Assembly (NCBI GenBank): GCA_045535455.1
Contig: JAZSLQ010000253.1
Span: 906 to 64,905, forward strand
DNA: 64,000 bases
Direction: 5' to 3'
Source of the DNA: Kiritimatiellia bacterium
Lineage (GTDB): Bacteria > Verrucomicrobiota > Kiritimatiellia > RFP12 > UBA1067
Position numbers and translations under genes: made by a program. Positions within the stretch are counted from its first letter, which is position 1, and every line of letters begins with the position of its first letter. This document shows, piece after piece, positions 26,563 through 35,276 of this stretch. Under the pieces are notes generated by a model. That model worked only from the letters and a program-made list of their open reading frames with translations. It was not told the DNA's origin and ran no database searches.

Positions 26563-27048
26563 ATGAGTGAAAGTTGGTACATTGTTTGCACAAAGTCGCG
26601 GTCGGAGAAGAAGTTGCAGGCCATATTGCGGACATTGCATGTGCTTAATGTCATGCCGACGTATGTGAAAGTTCGCAAGGTGCAGCGCCGCACGGTAAAG
26701 ACGGAAATCCCGATCTTCCCCGGCTACCTCATGGCGCGGCTTAGCGCCGAAAAACGGCTCACCGTCATCAAGACCAACCTAACGACGGCCGTCTTGCCAC
26801 TGCAAAACGCGCGTGCCGTCCTGAGGCAACTTCATCAGCTCGTCAAGGCGGCGATGCAGACGGAGGAATTCCGCCTCGTGGTGCCGACGGTGGCTGGCGA
26901 CGCCGTGCGTATCGTAAACGGGCCAATGAAGGGGCTCGAAGGCAGGGTCAAGACCGTGGATGGCAAGACGCTTTTGACCGTGGGCGTCGAGGCGTTTGGC
27001 GGCGCAATCGAGGTGCAGGTTTCGCCGGAAGACTGTGTCGCTGCCTGA
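26563..27048 (+). CDS. NusG-family (UpxY/RfaH-like) transcription antiterminator
   Basis: 161 aa. NGN-like N-terminus WYIVCTKSRSEKK...IPIFPGYLMARL and KOW motif GDAVRIVNGPMKGLEGRVKTVDG. First gene of a long co-directional polysaccharide locus. Confidence 0.8.
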   Translation: MSESWYIVCTKSRSEKKLQAILRTLHVLNVMPTYVKVRKVQRRTVKTEIPIFPGYLMARLSAEKRLTVIKTNLTTAVLPLQNARAVLRQLHQLVKAAMQTEEFRLVVPTVAGDAVRIVNGPMKGLEGRVKTVDGKTLLTVGVEAFGGAIEVQVSPEDCVAA

Positions 27049-27071
27049 TATAACGTTCTCTATACTCGTAA

Positions 27072-28007
27072 ATGGTCACTCAACTAAAGCTTCAGAACTT
27101 CAAGGTCGGCGAGCAGCGCACATTCTCCTTTGACAACAGGATTTCGTTTGTCGAAGGAGACGTCGGTGCTTCAAGGGCGCTTGCGATTGACGCGTTCCGG
27201 TTGCTCCTGATGGCCTCTCGAAGCGAAGACACCACGTCGTTCCCAAGCTCTTGGATTGCTGCGAGCGGCCCGACGCGGCTTTCCGTGTCCATTGCCAATT
27301 ACGACTTCTCGGAGCTCACCTATTCCGTCACCCTACGGCGTTTCGGCGGCGAGACGCAGATACTTGACGAGCAGCTCACCTCCGGGGAGAAGCAGATGCT
27401 GTCCCGCTTCGGGGGCTGGTATCACGCCGGCCCGCCGACTACCGACAAGAGGCGAATAGGCGACACTCGGCTCGCCTTTGCTGACGCGATTAGGTATCTG
27501 TCGAACAAGGACCCGGTACATGACATGAGGCGGGAGCTTCAGGACCTGTGGCTCGTCGCGCCAGACGCGTTTCGGATGGGAAGCGTCCTGAACGGCGATG
27601 TCGTCAATCCCAACGACGGCAGTTTTTCGCATCTCGCCACCTGCATCGCAGTCCAGGCCTATGCGAGAGAGTCGGTGCGGCGTTCGATGATTGACCATCT
27701 AAGGCGGCTTCAGTCGGCGGGGATAACTGGTTTCTCCGTAAGGGGCGATGCGGAAGGGAAGCTCGTGCTCATCGTCCACCACCGCAACGACCTTGATTCG
27801 AACGGGGTGCCGTTCGGGCGTCTCGACAACAGCGAGAAGATGCTTTTCCTCGCCGCGTTCGTCTGCGCGGTGAACGAGCATTCGCTCCCGCTTTCCGTCG
27901 TGTGGGACTCCCCGAGCAACTGGCTTGGCGGGCGTGGCGGCTCGGCGGTCGTCAAGATGCTCTGCCGCTCTTTCGTCCGTCGCGGCCAAATCGTCATGCT
28001 CTCGTAG
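27072..28007 (+). CDS. Degenerate ABC/SMC (RecF-like AAA_15/21-type) ATPase-fold protein, predicted catalytically inactive
   Basis: N-terminus LKLQNFKVGEQRTFSFDNRISFVEGDVGASRALAIDAF has the fold pattern, but Walker A is GDVGASRA (no GK[ST]). The signature/Walker B region LDNSEKMLFLAAF...LSVVWDSPSNWL lacks the D-E pair. Confidence 0.5.
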   Translation: MVTQLKLQNFKVGEQRTFSFDNRISFVEGDVGASRALAIDAFRLLLMASRSEDTTSFPSSWIAASGPTRLSVSIANYDFSELTYSVTLRRFGGETQILDEQLTSGEKQMLSRFGGWYHAGPPTTDKRRIGDTRLAFADAIRYLSNKDPVHDMRRELQDLWLVAPDAFRMGSVLNGDVVNPNDGSFSHLATCIAVQAYARESVRRSMIDHLRRLQSAGITGFSVRGDAEGKLVLIVHHRNDLDSNGVPFGRLDNSEKMLFLAAFVCAVNEHSLPLSVVWDSPSNWLGGRGGSAVVKMLCRSFVRRGQIVMLS

Positions 28008-28154
28008 AAAATGGAAAAGTGTTCCCTCTCGATTTGTGCAGATATGTGTGGATTTGTGGTTAAAAGTAAGTACAATCCAAGACCCTAAGTAACTCTAAAT
28101 CACCCTAACATCACTGTTTTGGATCGATTGATGAATGGTTAATCGAATTCGCGC

Positions 28155-28184
28155 TTGAATCAAACATCCGGGCTATGGTATAAT
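28155..28184 (+). promoter_or_regulatory. Putative promoter TTGAAT-N18-TATAAT (TGG-extended)
   Basis: TTGAAT 28155-28160, TGG 28176-28178, TATAAT 28179-28184, followed by SD GGAGG 28198-28202. Confidence 0.5.
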
Positions 28185-28208
28185 ATACTCGTAGATTGGA
28201 GGGTGCTT

Positions 28209-28508
28209 TTGACAGTCAGTTACACAGACTTTTCGCCGAATCTTTTTTGGGACGCCAATCCCAATGAAATTGATTTCGACAGAAACAAGAAATATGTCGT
28301 TCAGCGGGTAATTGAGCGAGGCACGTTGGATGATATGCGGCATATCTTCGCGCTTTATGGTTTTGACGATGTGGTTGATATTTCAAAGACCTTGCGCACT
28401 TTGGATCCGATGTCACTTTCATTCATTGCCAACCTTTCTGGTCAGCCGAAAGAATCATTTCGATGCTACACATTGAAACAGTCAGCCCAAGCACCTTGGA
28501 TTTATTGA
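28209..28508 (+). CDS. DUF6922-like small protein (the type usually found upstream of AbiEii-family nucleotidyltransferases)
   Basis: Start moved to TTG 28209, downstream of the promoter and SD. NLFWDANPNEIDFDRNKKYVVQRVIERGTLDDMRHIFALYG...LDPMSLSF...FRCY matches my recollection of this family. Confidence 0.5.
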   Translation: MTVSYTDFSPNLFWDANPNEIDFDRNKKYVVQRVIERGTLDDMRHIFALYGFDDVVDISKTLRTLDPMSLSFIANLSGQPKESFRCYTLKQSAQAPWIY

Positions 28509-28620
28509 CTAGGTTGCAGAAGAAGACCCAATGCCGGAGATGTTTGATGTGAATTTGACTTGGAAGTTTGTGAAGAACAAAGTAATCTCAGCGACTCGAG
28601 AAGTGATTCTGAACGCTTGA
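28463..28620 (+). pseudogene. Internally deleted remnant of an AbiEii/AbiGii-type nucleotidyltransferase gene
   Basis: N-terminal piece MLHIETVSPSTLDLLTRLQKK (ATG 28463). After a frame change comes a C-terminal-like tail PEMFDVNLTWKFVKNKVISATREVILNA (to 28620). The NTase core is missing. Confidence 0.45.
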
Positions 28621-29001
28621 CCATCTAAACTCTTAACCGGCGGTTCTGCCGCCACACTCTAATCAAATTCCGGCGACTGGTTCGCCACCCAAGCATGTAT
28701 CGCTACATGCATAATCGGTTTGTATCTTCGCTACACCCCGTCCTGCGCACCGTTGGAGGTTTTGGTGCGCAGCAAAAGTGATGAAAGGTAATCGAAAGGT
28801 TTGTGCCCAGCTGACTCACACCAGCACCACTTTGAGAAAAGGGTTGTATTTGTTGGGCGCGGCGTGAGGGCGGTGGGAACGAATGAATCGAATACGTATC
28901 GACGAACTGAACGGAAGGACATGATTTTTCGGAGTGCGAATCAACGCCCACGGACACAATGACCACAGACGAACGCAACAAAGATTTCAAAAGGAATACT
29001 A

Positions 29002-30069
29002 ATGATAGAAGTATCTAGATTTGTAGCAACACTCAAGGAGTCGGGAGTTGATTTCTTCACCGGTGTGCCGGATTCGCTGCTGAAGAGTTTCTGCGCGTAT
29101 GTTACGGATAATTGCGGCGAGAACCACGTGATTGCCGCAAACGAGGGTGGGGCGGTTGGATTGGCCGCCGGGCATTACCTCGCAACAGGCAAACCTGCGC
29201 TCGTCTATATGCAGAACTCGGGACAGGGCAATGCGGTGAATCCGCTCTGCTCGCTCGCTGATCCGGATGTCTACTCCATTCCGATGGTGTTGTTGGTCGG
29301 ATGGCGCGGCGAGCCAGGCGTGAAGGACGAGCCGCAGCATGTCAAGCAGGGCAAGGTAACGGTTTCGCTCTTCGAGACGCTGGGCATTCCGACGGAGATT
29401 CTGCCTGACGATGAAATTGCCGCGCTTGAATTAACGAGGAAGATGGTTGAGAGGGCTAAGGCAGAATCCCGCCCTGTCGCGCTCATCGTCCGCAAGGGGC
29501 TCTTTGCAGAATACAAGCTCCAGAACAAGAAACCCGACATCTCGGCGCTTCCACGTGAGCAGGCGATTGAAGAGATATTAAAGTCGCTTCCTGAAGAAGC
29601 GGTTGTCGTTTCAACCACCGGCATGATCTCCCGCGAAGTCTACGAGACGCGCGAACGCCTCGGACAAGACCATTCGTGCGACTTCCTGACGGTTGGTTCG
29701 ATGGGCCACGCAATCATGATCGCGCTCGGAATCGCCAAGGCGCAGCCGAGCCGTCGAGTCTTATGTCTCGATGGTGACGGCGCAAGCATCATGCAAATGG
29801 GCAACATGGCAATTGCCGGACAGTCTGGCTGCGCGAACCTAACGCATATAGTCCTCAATAACGCGGCGCATGATTCCGTCGGCGGCCAGCCGACAGTTGG
29901 CGGATCAATCAATCTCTCAGAAATCGCGGCGTCATGTGGCTACAATCGCCCTGGGGCGCCAGTGTTCAAGGAAATCAAGGTCGCCAAAGGTGCCCGCAAG
30001 GATCTTGGCCGTCCGAAGGAGCCGCCGCAAGTCAATAAGAAGCTCTACATGGGAACGCTTTCGAAGTGA
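29002..30069 (+). CDS. aepY: Phosphonopyruvate decarboxylase (ThDP-dependent)
   Basis: 355 aa. N-terminus VDFFTGVPDSLLKSFCAYV and ThDP motif LDGDGASIMQMGNMA...IVLNNAAHDSVGGQ. Clustered with PEP mutase and AEP transaminase. Confidence 0.85.
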   Translation: MIEVSRFVATLKESGVDFFTGVPDSLLKSFCAYVTDNCGENHVIAANEGGAVGLAAGHYLATGKPALVYMQNSGQGNAVNPLCSLADPDVYSIPMVLLVGWRGEPGVKDEPQHVKQGKVTVSLFETLGIPTEILPDDEIAALELTRKMVERAKAESRPVALIVRKGLFAEYKLQNKKPDISALPREQAIEEILKSLPEEAVVVSTTGMISREVYETRERLGQDHSCDFLTVGSMGHAIMIALGIAKAQPSRRVLCLDGDGASIMQMGNMAIAGQSGCANLTHIVLNNAAHDSVGGQPTVGGSINLSEIAASCGYNRPGAPVFKEIKVAKGARKDLGRPKEPPQVNKKLYMGTLSK

Positions 30070-30770
30070 AAGAAATTGCGATATTGATGGCAGCAGGATT
30101 AGGAAGCCGCATGAGACCGCTAACTGACACAACGGCAAAGCCGCTCGTGGAAGTGAACGGCATCCCGCTGATTGAGACGGTTCTTGCGGCGCTGAAGAGA
30201 CGTGGGGTGGAAGAGATTTATATCGTTACCGGATATAAGGCGGAACAGTTCAAGTCACTAGCAGACAAGGATGGCGCGGTTCGCCTTATCCATAATTCAG
30301 AATATGCTACAAAGAACAATATTAATTCTATTGCCGTTGTTGCCGACAGGATGATGAATGCTGATTGTTTCATCTGCGAGGCTGATTTGTTTGTTGCCAA
30401 CGATGCGGTTCTTTGCCGTGACTTGTCGCGGTCTGGTTATTTCGGGAAGATGGTGAAGGGGCATTCCGACGATTGGGTGTTTGATACAGATTCAGCAGGC
30501 CGTGTAACGCGCGTCGGAAAAAATGGTGACGATTGCTTCAACATGGTTGGCGTCAGCTACTTCCAGGCAACGGATGCTGCGAAGATCGCGGTTGCCGTTC
30601 TAGAAGATGTCAAGAGGCCCGAGAATGCCCAGCTTTTCTGGGATGAAGTCGTTGATCGACTTGTGAAACAGAGGGAACTTGATTTAGTTGTTCACGAAGT
30701 CTCGACAGATGAGATTGTCGAATGTGACACTGTAGAAGATTTACAGATATTGGAGGCAAGGTTAAGATGA
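30066..30770 (+). CDS. LicC-like nucleotidyltransferase (candidate phosphonate cytidylyltransferase)
   Basis: 234 aa. NTP_transferase motif AILMAAGLGSRMRPLTDTTAKPLV. ATGA overlap with the upstream gene. Confidence 0.75.
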   Translation: MKEIAILMAAGLGSRMRPLTDTTAKPLVEVNGIPLIETVLAALKRRGVEEIYIVTGYKAEQFKSLADKDGAVRLIHNSEYATKNNINSIAVVADRMMNADCFICEADLFVANDAVLCRDLSRSGYFGKMVKGHSDDWVFDTDSAGRVTRVGKNGDDCFNMVGVSYFQATDAAKIAVAVLEDVKRPENAQLFWDEVVDRLVKQRELDLVVHEVSTDEIVECDTVEDLQILEARLR

Positions 30771-31888
30771 CGATAAAGAGAAACATTTTGCTTAACCCGG
30801 GCCCGGCGACAACGACAGATACAGTGAAGCTCGCCCAGGTTGTTCCCGATATTTGCCCACGCGAAAAGGACTTTGCCGGGTTGATGAAGGGCCTTCGCCG
30901 CGACCTTGTAAAAATTGTGCATGGCGATGACCGCTACACCAGCGTTCTCTTCTGTGGGTCTGGGACGCTAAACATGGACGTGTGCCTCAATTCCCTCCTC
31001 CCGTCAGGTAAGAAGATCCTTGTGGCAAACAACGGAGCCTATTCGTCTCGTGCCGTCGAGATATGCAAGGCATACGGGATGCCGCATATAAATTTATCGA
31101 TGCCGATTGAACAGCCGATTGATGCTGCGGCGGTAGAGAAGGCCCTTGTTGAGAATCCCGACGTTGCCGTTGTATATACGACGCACCATGAGACAGGTTC
31201 TGGCGTTCTCAATCCAATACGCGAAATTGGGGCGGCAGCGCATCGCCACGATTGCACATTTATTGTTGATACGACTTCTACCTATGCGATGCGCCCAATT
31301 AACATCATCGATGACAATGTCGACTTCTTGATGGCAAGCGCACAGAAGGGCTTGCAGTCCATGACAGGGCTGTCCTTCGTCGTTGGCCGCGAGGACAAAA
31401 TACGCGAATCGGCTGCATTCCCAAAGCGTTCATACTACTGTAACCTCTTTTTTCAGTATGACTATTTCGAGAAGACAGGTGAGATGCACTTCACGCCGCC
31501 GGTCCAGACGGTTTATGCTACGATCCAGGCGTTGAAAGAATATTTCGCAGAAGGGGAGGTCGCGAAGTGGGCACGCCACACTCGCGTGTTTGAGGCCATT
31601 CATAAAGGGCTTGAAGGCCTTGGCTTCCGAAATCTAATCAAACGCGAATATCAAAGCGGGCTTGTCGTGTCCGTCTGCTATCCCGACGATCCGAACTGGA
31701 ACTTCGAGAAGGTCCACGACTACTGCTACGAGAGGGGCTTCACGATCTATCCCGGCAAGGTCGGCTCCGCCAAGACGTTCCGCCTCTGTGCGCTGGGGCA
31801 GATCGACGAACAGGATATAACGGATTTCTTCAAGGTTTTCAAGACGGCTTTGGACGAATATGGAATCGAGGTCAGATACAATGGCTAA
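30767..31888 (+). CDS. phnW: 2-aminoethylphosphonate:pyruvate aminotransferase
   Basis: 373 aa. LLNPGPATTTDTVK N-terminus and the PLP lysine context SAQKGLQS, typical of PhnW/AepZ. Confidence 0.85.
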   Translation: MTIKRNILLNPGPATTTDTVKLAQVVPDICPREKDFAGLMKGLRRDLVKIVHGDDRYTSVLFCGSGTLNMDVCLNSLLPSGKKILVANNGAYSSRAVEICKAYGMPHINLSMPIEQPIDAAAVEKALVENPDVAVVYTTHHETGSGVLNPIREIGAAAHRHDCTFIVDTTSTYAMRPINIIDDNVDFLMASAQKGLQSMTGLSFVVGREDKIRESAAFPKRSYYCNLFFQYDYFEKTGEMHFTPPVQTVYATIQALKEYFAEGEVAKWARHTRVFEAIHKGLEGLGFRNLIKREYQSGLVVSVCYPDDPNWNFEKVHDYCYERGFTIYPGKVGSAKTFRLCALGQIDEQDITDFFKVFKTALDEYGIEVRYNG

Positions 31889-33185
31889 AAAGGTATATAC
31901 GTGTTTTTGCACGGCGGTGATTCACAAAGGGCACCGTAACATTATAAATGAGGCGCGGAAACTGGGTGAAGTGACAGTTGGCGTTCTCTCCGACGAGGCG
32001 ATGATCCGCTACAACCGCTTTCCGTCCTGTTCGCTGGAGGAACGGATTTCCGCCGCACGATCAATTGATGGCGTTGCCAATGTCGTTGTCCAGAAGGACA
32101 TGTTCTATGACGAGGTGATTGCGGAAGAGCGCCCCGACTACGTCATCCACGGCGACAACTGGTGCAGTCCGGAAGCACCCGAATACGCCATCCGTCAGAA
32201 TGTCGAGAAATGCCTTGCCGAATACGGCGGCAAGGTCGTCGATGTCCCCTATACGTTCGACCCAGAGATACAGAAGATAGACGAAATCGAACGCGAGCGT
32301 CTTGCAATGCCGGAGTTCCGCCGCAAGCGCCTGCGCCAGCTCATAAAGCTGTGTCCCATCGTCAAGACGATAGAGGCTCATTCGGGGCTAACGGGGCTTA
32401 TTGCTGAGAAGACGGTTGCCCGTCAGGAGGACGGACGCCTCGACCAGTTCGACGCGATGTGGGTCTCTTCGCTCTGCGATTCCACGGCGAAGGGCAAGCC
32501 GGACATCGAGCTTGTCGACATGTCGTCTCGGCTCCGTACCATTGATGATATCATGGAGGTTACGACAAAACCCATCATCCTTGACGGAGATACCGGTGGA
32601 TTGACTGAGCATTTCGTGTATAACGTCCGGACGCTCGAGCGCATTGGCGTTTCGGCCGTTATCATTGAAGACAAGTGCGGATTAAAGAAGAATTCGTTGT
32701 TTGGAACAGAGGTCAAGCAGACGCAGGATACGATAGAGAACTTCTGCGCGAAGATTGCCGCCGGAAAGGATGCGCTTCGCACGAAGGAATTCATGATCAT
32801 TGCACGTTGCGAGTCTCTGATTTTGGAGCAGGGGATGGACGATGCCTTGACGCGCTGCCACGCATACGTCAAGGCCGGTGCGGACGGCATCATGATCCAT
32901 TCGCGCAAGAAAGACCCTGCCGAGATACTGGAGTTTTGCGACAAGTTCCGTGCGGCCGATCCGACAACGCCAATCGTCGTCGTTCCGACTTCGTTCAACT
33001 CGGCTACGGAGAGCGAGCTTGCCGCGCACGGCGTCAACATCTGTATCTATGCGAACCATCTCACCCGCGCCGCATTCCCCGCTATGCAGTCAGTCGCGCA
33101 GGACTTGCTGAAATACCATCGGGCGCAGGAGGTCGATTCGCGGCTTATGCCTTTCAAGAAGATCATAACACTGATAGACGGTTGA
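31881..33185 (+). CDS. aepX: Cytidylyltransferase-like domain fused to phosphoenolpyruvate phosphomutase
   Basis: Start moved to MAKKVYTC (ATG 31881, 8-nt overlap). N-terminal HxGH-type motif VIHKGH. C-terminal PEP mutase signature IIEDKCGLKKNSL and FMIIARCES. Confidence 0.85.
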   Translation: MAKKVYTCFCTAVIHKGHRNIINEARKLGEVTVGVLSDEAMIRYNRFPSCSLEERISAARSIDGVANVVVQKDMFYDEVIAEERPDYVIHGDNWCSPEAPEYAIRQNVEKCLAEYGGKVVDVPYTFDPEIQKIDEIERERLAMPEFRRKRLRQLIKLCPIVKTIEAHSGLTGLIAEKTVARQEDGRLDQFDAMWVSSLCDSTAKGKPDIELVDMSSRLRTIDDIMEVTTKPIILDGDTGGLTEHFVYNVRTLERIGVSAVIIEDKCGLKKNSLFGTEVKQTQDTIENFCAKIAAGKDALRTKEFMIIARCESLILEQGMDDALTRCHAYVKAGADGIMIHSRKKDPAEILEFCDKFRAADPTTPIVVVPTSFNSATESELAAHGVNICIYANHLTRAAFPAMQSVAQDLLKYHRAQEVDSRLMPFKKIITLIDG

Positions 33186-33189
33186 ATCC

Positions 33190-35085
33190 ATGGAATATCT
33201 TGTAAAATTCTTCGCGTGGTTGATGGAATGGTGTCACTCGTGGTGCCCCAACTACTGGGCTGATATCGTCATCTTCACATTCCTTACCAAAGTTCTCCAA
33301 TTCCCGGTATCGCTTTGGTGCCAGGTGAATTCCCTCAAGATGGTTTCGCTCATGCCGGCGACGAACCGTATCAAGATGGAGCGTTACGGCGACAATGACG
33401 CAATTGGAGAAGAAACGGCGGCATTGTTTAAACGCGAGAAGTACCATCCGATGCTTTCACTTGTGCCGCTGGCGATTCAGATTGTCATTCTGATGGCATT
33501 CGTCAAGGTCATTTATGGAATTGGCGATAAGCTCACAATCCCAAACGCGGCGAAACCGCTTATCGCTTGTGTTCCGTGGACGGATGGTGGTCTTGCATGG
33601 TTCATGCCGCTTTTTGCAGGCGCGGCGGCGTGGCTCCTTGGCTATACACAGAATATTTTCAATCCGCTCCAACACGAGCAGACGCGGACGCAGCAGATCA
33701 TAACGAACGGTATCTCCATCTGCATCTCGCTCTTTCTCGGCTGTTTCGTCGCGGCTGGCGTCGGCCTCTATTGGGCGACAAGTAATTTGTTCTCCATCCT
33801 CGTGCAGCTCTGTGAGAACGTTGTCATTCCGCCAAAGAAACATGTGGACTATCATGCGCTTCGCCGCTCTCAGGCCGAGCTGAAGAAGTTTGAAGAGAGC
33901 ATCAAGAAGAAGGCAGTTGTGTCGCCAGAGGACCGGAAGCGAGAGAAGATGGACTACAAACGCTTTTTTCATGTTGCCAACAAGCACCTTGTATTCTATG
34001 CCGAGGGCGGTGGCTACTATAAATATTTTCAGAGTGTTGTGGAGTGGCTCCTTGCACATTCGAACGTGACGATCCATTATGTGACAAACGACCCGAAGGA
34101 TGGTGTCTTTGCGTTGGCTGAGAAGAATCCGCACATTCGTGCCTATTACATTGGACAGGTAAAGATTATTCCGCTCATGATGAAGATGGATGCTGACATG
34201 GTTGTGATGACGACGCCAGATTTGAACACATACCAATTGAAGCGTTCGTATGTGAAGAAAGATGTGGAATACGTGTATCTCGACCATGGTCCGACGAGTG
34301 TCCATATGTGCTATCGCAAGGGGGCGTTTGACCACTTTGACACCATTATGGCGAATGGCCCATTTCAGGTTGCCGAACATCGTGCGACCGAGAAACTTTA
34401 CGGATTGAAAGCGAAGAAGATGGTCGAATCGGGGTATCCGATTTTGGATCTTCTGCTGTCAGTGCCGGCCTCCAAGAGGACGGAATCTGGTAGTCGCCGC
34501 ATAATGATTGCGCCGTCCTATCAGGCTGACTGCATTCCGGACTCGTGCCTTGATGCACTCGTTGATACTATAACATCTGCGAATCTGGGTTGCACGGTCG
34601 TATTCCGTCCGCATCCGCAGTATGTCAGGCGCTTCCCAGCGAAGATGCAAGCCATTGTGGAACGTTACAAAGACCGCGCGGATGTCGTGTTGGAGGACGA
34701 CTTCTCGAAGCCCTCGACGATGGATCAATCGGACGTCCTTGTGACTGACTGGTCGGGAATTGCCTACGAATACGCTTTTAAAACGAAACGTCCGGTCGTA
34801 TTCATCAACACGCCGATGAAGGTCATAAATTCAGAATGGAAGAAGATTGGTCTTGAGCCGACGGATATTTCCTTCCGTGACGAGGTTGGAGTGTCTGTTC
34901 CGCTTGACGATATTCTGGCGGCGGGTCGTGCTGTCGCCGACATGTTGGCAGATCCCGGTAAGTTCGCCGAAAAGATTGAGTCGCTTCTGCAGACACAATT
35001 CTACAATCCGGGACATGCGGGAGAAGTTGTTGGAAAGTATATTCTTGAAACACTCATTAACAAGAAAAAAGGAATAATGAAATGA
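33190..35085 (+). CDS. YidC/Oxa1-like membrane domain fused to a TagF-type (CDP-glycerol glycerophosphotransferase family) domain
   Basis: 631 aa. N-terminal part has YidC-like motifs (IFTFLTKVLQFPVSL..., GVGLYWATSNLFSILVQ). C-terminal part has the TagB/F-like motif SDVLVTDWSGIAYEYAFKTKRPVVF. Confidence 0.65.
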   Translation: MEYLVKFFAWLMEWCHSWCPNYWADIVIFTFLTKVLQFPVSLWCQVNSLKMVSLMPATNRIKMERYGDNDAIGEETAALFKREKYHPMLSLVPLAIQIVILMAFVKVIYGIGDKLTIPNAAKPLIACVPWTDGGLAWFMPLFAGAAAWLLGYTQNIFNPLQHEQTRTQQIITNGISICISLFLGCFVAAGVGLYWATSNLFSILVQLCENVVIPPKKHVDYHALRRSQAELKKFEESIKKKAVVSPEDRKREKMDYKRFFHVANKHLVFYAEGGGYYKYFQSVVEWLLAHSNVTIHYVTNDPKDGVFALAEKNPHIRAYYIGQVKIIPLMMKMDADMVVMTTPDLNTYQLKRSYVKKDVEYVYLDHGPTSVHMCYRKGAFDHFDTIMANGPFQVAEHRATEKLYGLKAKKMVESGYPILDLLLSVPASKRTESGSRRIMIAPSYQADCIPDSCLDALVDTITSANLGCTVVFRPHPQYVRRFPAKMQAIVERYKDRADVVLEDDFSKPSTMDQSDVLVTDWSGIAYEYAFKTKRPVVFINTPMKVINSEWKKIGLEPTDISFRDEVGVSVPLDDILAAGRAVADMLADPGKFAEKIESLLQTQFYNPGHAGEVVGKYILETLINKKKGIMK

Positions 35086-35273
35086 TGTTTGCATACGTTG
35101 ATCCGTCTGTCATGTCGTACACCGTCCAGGCGATTGCGGGAGTCGCTATTGCGCTTGGCGTTGTATTCGGTGTCGTCTGGCGGAAGGTCAAGAAGGGGGC
35201 GAACAAAGCTCTCGGTCGAGATGAGAATTCAGGTAAGGAAGTTGAGGAAGATATCGTTGCCAAAGAGGATTAA
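35082..35273 (+). CDS. Small single-pass membrane protein (63 aa)
   Basis: ATGA overlap with the upstream stop. One TM helix (VQAIAGVAIALGVVFGVVW) and a charged tail. Confidence 0.45.
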   Translation: MMFAYVDPSVMSYTVQAIAGVAIALGVVFGVVWRKVKKGANKALGRDENSGKEVEEDIVAKED

Positions 35274-35276
35274 GAG

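Noticed and set aside
28703-28990. Minus-strand ORFs (95 and 63 aa) in the 380-bp gap upstream of the phosphonopyruvate decarboxylase gene; also the 9-bp-stem hairpin at 28743-28772 as a riboswitch or terminator
   Set aside because: The ORFs have no SD, no motif, and lie opposite to all flanking genes. The hairpin has a 12-nt loop and no U tract, and I recognise no riboswitch consensus. I treat the region as an untranslated leader or spacer.
33457-34380. 307-aa minus-strand ORF inside the YidC-TagF fusion gene, with similar antisense ORFs at 42772-43407 and 47597-48130
   Set aside because: They are antisense to genes with clear family motifs and lack SD sequences and motifs.
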